Assembly (NCBI GenBank): GCA_045105515.1
Contig: JBGCDR010000050.1
Span: forward strand, 1-30,613
Direction: 5' to 3'
DNA length: 30,613 bases
DNA from: Oligoflexales bacterium
GTDB taxonomy: Bacteria; Bdellovibrionota_B; Oligoflexia; Oligoflexales; Bog-1112
In this document: positions 29,166 to 30,613 of the stretch, one piece after another
Layout of the letters: every line of letters begins with the position of its first letter
Position numbering within the stretch: the first letter of the stretch is position 1
Notes under the pieces: model-generated
Seen by the model: the letters and a program-made list of their open reading frames with translations, nothing else
Told to the model about the DNA's origin: nothing
The model's database searches: none
Translations under genes and position numbers: made by a program

Positions 29166-29333
29166 ATGACCCGTTATAACGAGCCCAGAAAACCAGTTAA
29201 GTCTCGTTCAGACCAAGAACAAGACCAAAATAAAAAGCCACTGCCTCTTAAAAGGCCTCCGCTCCTAAATTACTTGCAACAGTTGGCAGATCAAATAGAT
29301 GCTGATGTAGAAAAAATTATGGGCAAGACTTAA
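29166..29333 (+). CDS. Small 55-aa hypothetical protein (absent from the ORF track)
   Basis: ATG to TAA encodes MTRYNEPRKPVKSRSDQEQDQNKKPLPLKRPPLLNYLQQLADQIDADVEKIMGKT. TAAGG upstream and a candidate promoter. Fills the fusA-tRNA gap. Confidence 0.65.
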   Translation: MTRYNEPRKPVKSRSDQEQDQNKKPLPLKRPPLLNYLQQLADQIDADVEKIMGKT

Positions 29334-29367
29334 TCTAATCCTGCCAAATGTAAAAAACAATTGAGCC

Positions 29368-29396
29368 TTGCTTTTCGCAATAAGCTTCAGTATTAC
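29368..29396 (+). promoter_or_regulatory. Sigma70-type promoter for the tRNA
   Basis: TTGCTT-N17-TATTAC, 23 nt before the tRNA. Confidence 0.45.
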
Positions 29397-29419
29397 AGTT
29401 TCTGTCGTTTATACGATTC

Positions 29420-29496
29420 GCACCCTTAGCTCAGCTGGATAGAGCATCAGGCTTCGAACCTGAGGGTCGGGAGTTCGAATCTCTCAGGGTGCGCCA
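29420..29496 (+). tRNA. tRNA-Arg(UCG)
   Basis: Acceptor stem GCACCCT/AGGGTGC, D arm GCTC-AGCTGGATA-GAGC with A20, anticodon arm TCAGG-CT TCG AA-CCTGA, TTCGAAT T-loop, encoded CCA. 77 nt. Confidence 0.98.
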
Positions 29497-29743
29497 CCTC
29501 ATTTTATAAACAACAATAATCACTACATATATTCATAATATCAATCACATACAAGTACATATATTTCCCGCGATATCCCTAAAAATACCCCGATTTTGAC
29601 CCCAAAAACATCACAACATGCCCGAAATCAGGTCCGGATTTTTTAGTCACAACAATCTGGATTAATTTAAGTTAATTATATTATTTATTAAAATTTAAAC
29701 TAACAAAACGATGCTCAGATTACTTGGTCCTAAGCTAGCCGAC

Positions 29744-29772
29744 TTGCAAGAAAAAAAATTTGTGCATATGAT
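29744..29772 (+). promoter_or_regulatory. Sigma70-type promoter for the hairpin leader/HTH transcript
   Basis: TTGCAA-N17-TATGAT. Confidence 0.6.
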
Positions 29773-29863
29773 TAATTTAGTTGGAAGATTATAGCGAGCC
29801 TTGAAGTTGCTGGAACAACTACAAAGCTCTTAACAAACCCCTGCATCACCAGAGGAGTGCCTA

Positions 29864-29938
29864 GTGGCTATTATAGAATTCAATTCTCTTCGTATAAAGA
29901 TTAAAACCCCAAATACATCGAAAATACAGACAGGCTAG
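29864..29938 (+). CDS. Possible 24-aa leader peptide or gene remnant
   Basis: AGAGGAG-N6-GTG opens MAIIEFNSLRIKIKTPNTSKIQTG*. Confidence 0.3.
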   Translation: MAIIEFNSLRIKIKTPNTSKIQTG

Positions 29939-30124
29939 CATTTTAGACCTGTAATTTTAACAGTACGCCATTCGTCGGAACCTTATCCGAGATGGATCTG
30001 TATTGCCTAAATTTAGGAGGATTGTTCTCAGAAACATAAGACAGCCTAAGAGGTGCAAAGTTTTCGACGACTCGAACACCTCTTAGAACTCAAACCACTT
30101 TCATAGAAAGAGGATAGCATCATA

Positions 30125-30448
30125 ATGCCAAAAATGAGCACAAAAGACAAGATTCAAGACGATATATTACTAGTCCCCGCAAAGGGCTCTAGGAAGATCG
30201 AAAAACACCTTTCATGGCTACCTCTCAAAGGATCCGTTCAATCAATCTTTCTAATGATAGCTAAAGACACTCGAAATTGGGATGATGGCACACTTAAAAA
30301 AGTCACCATGACCAACAGAGAGATAGCTCGTCAGTTTCATTACTCTGCAAGAACAGTTCAAAGATGTACTAGCTTACTTCTTGAAAAAGGTTACATCGAA
30401 AAGCACGTGGATCGCAAAAATGTAGCTGGAAACGTAATTAGTGCCTGA
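30125..30448 (+). pseudogene. Winged-HTH (HTH_36-like) protein resembling the N-terminus of phage/plasmid replication initiators; probably truncated
   Basis: MTNREIARQFHYSARTVQRCTSLLLEKGYIEK. In-frame sequence after the TGA continues LETHRRLYM before another stop. Confidence 0.55.
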
Positions 30449-30613
30449 TTGGAAACACACCGCCGCCTTTATATGTAAGGCTTAGAGCACTATAATCTTT
30501 AGCGAATTTCCCCAGTTTCTCTAAAAAGGCTATAATTGTCGGAAAATCAAAAGATCTTGGGGGTGCCCATGCGCGCAACATGTAAAGAGTCTTATAGTTA
30601 TGTTATAAGGAAA

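Larger units (their letters stand above)
29497..30613. mobile_element. Probable edge of a decayed element integrated at the tRNA-Arg 3' end
   Basis: Abrupt AT-rich, low-coding sequence after the CCA, no terminator hairpin after the tRNA, and a truncated HTH replication-type gene. No integrase or second att copy in the window. Confidence 0.45.

Noticed and set aside
29166..29333. Pup/UBact-like modifier identity for the small ORF
   Set aside because: Ends in GKT rather than GGE/GGQ/GE, and no proteasome or ligase genes are nearby.
1..30613. CRISPR array, rRNA, riboswitch or known defence system
   Set aside because: No regularly spaced repeats or recognisable signatures were seen by eye; a covariance-model scan was not possible.

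Overview
Bacterial chromosomal window. The gene repertoire suggests a Bdellovibrionota/Oligoflexia-like or other former-deltaproteobacterial organism; this is an inference from the spdEFG1-type fusA, stand-alone rpsD, tRNA-Arg(UCG), and secreted LRR and M4/M36 peptidase genes. It holds about 24 CDSs, including an SBP plus hybrid kinase, nhaA, a vWA protein, a topoisomerase III-RecQ fusion, a metallopeptidase, a DUF1826-like protein, an SRAP-family protein, a DnaC/IstB-like ATPase with an adjacent partner, rpsD, PqaA, MipA, nfeD-slipin, phhB and fusA. A tRNA-Arg(UCG) is followed by what looks like the decayed edge of an integrated element. The most interesting signals are: (1) the TopB-RecQ fusion with all catalytic motifs intact; (2) the gene after the DnaC-like ATPase, which aligns by eye as a degenerate paralog keeping the SRL arginine-finger motif; (3) an SRAP protein lacking catalytic Cys2; (4) two similar hairpin/SD/antisense -10 modules upstream of a truncated HTH replication-type gene; (5) an unannotated 55-aa ORF with its own promoter. 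No CRISPR array, rRNA or intact transposase was seen. All assignments are by motif reading, not database search.
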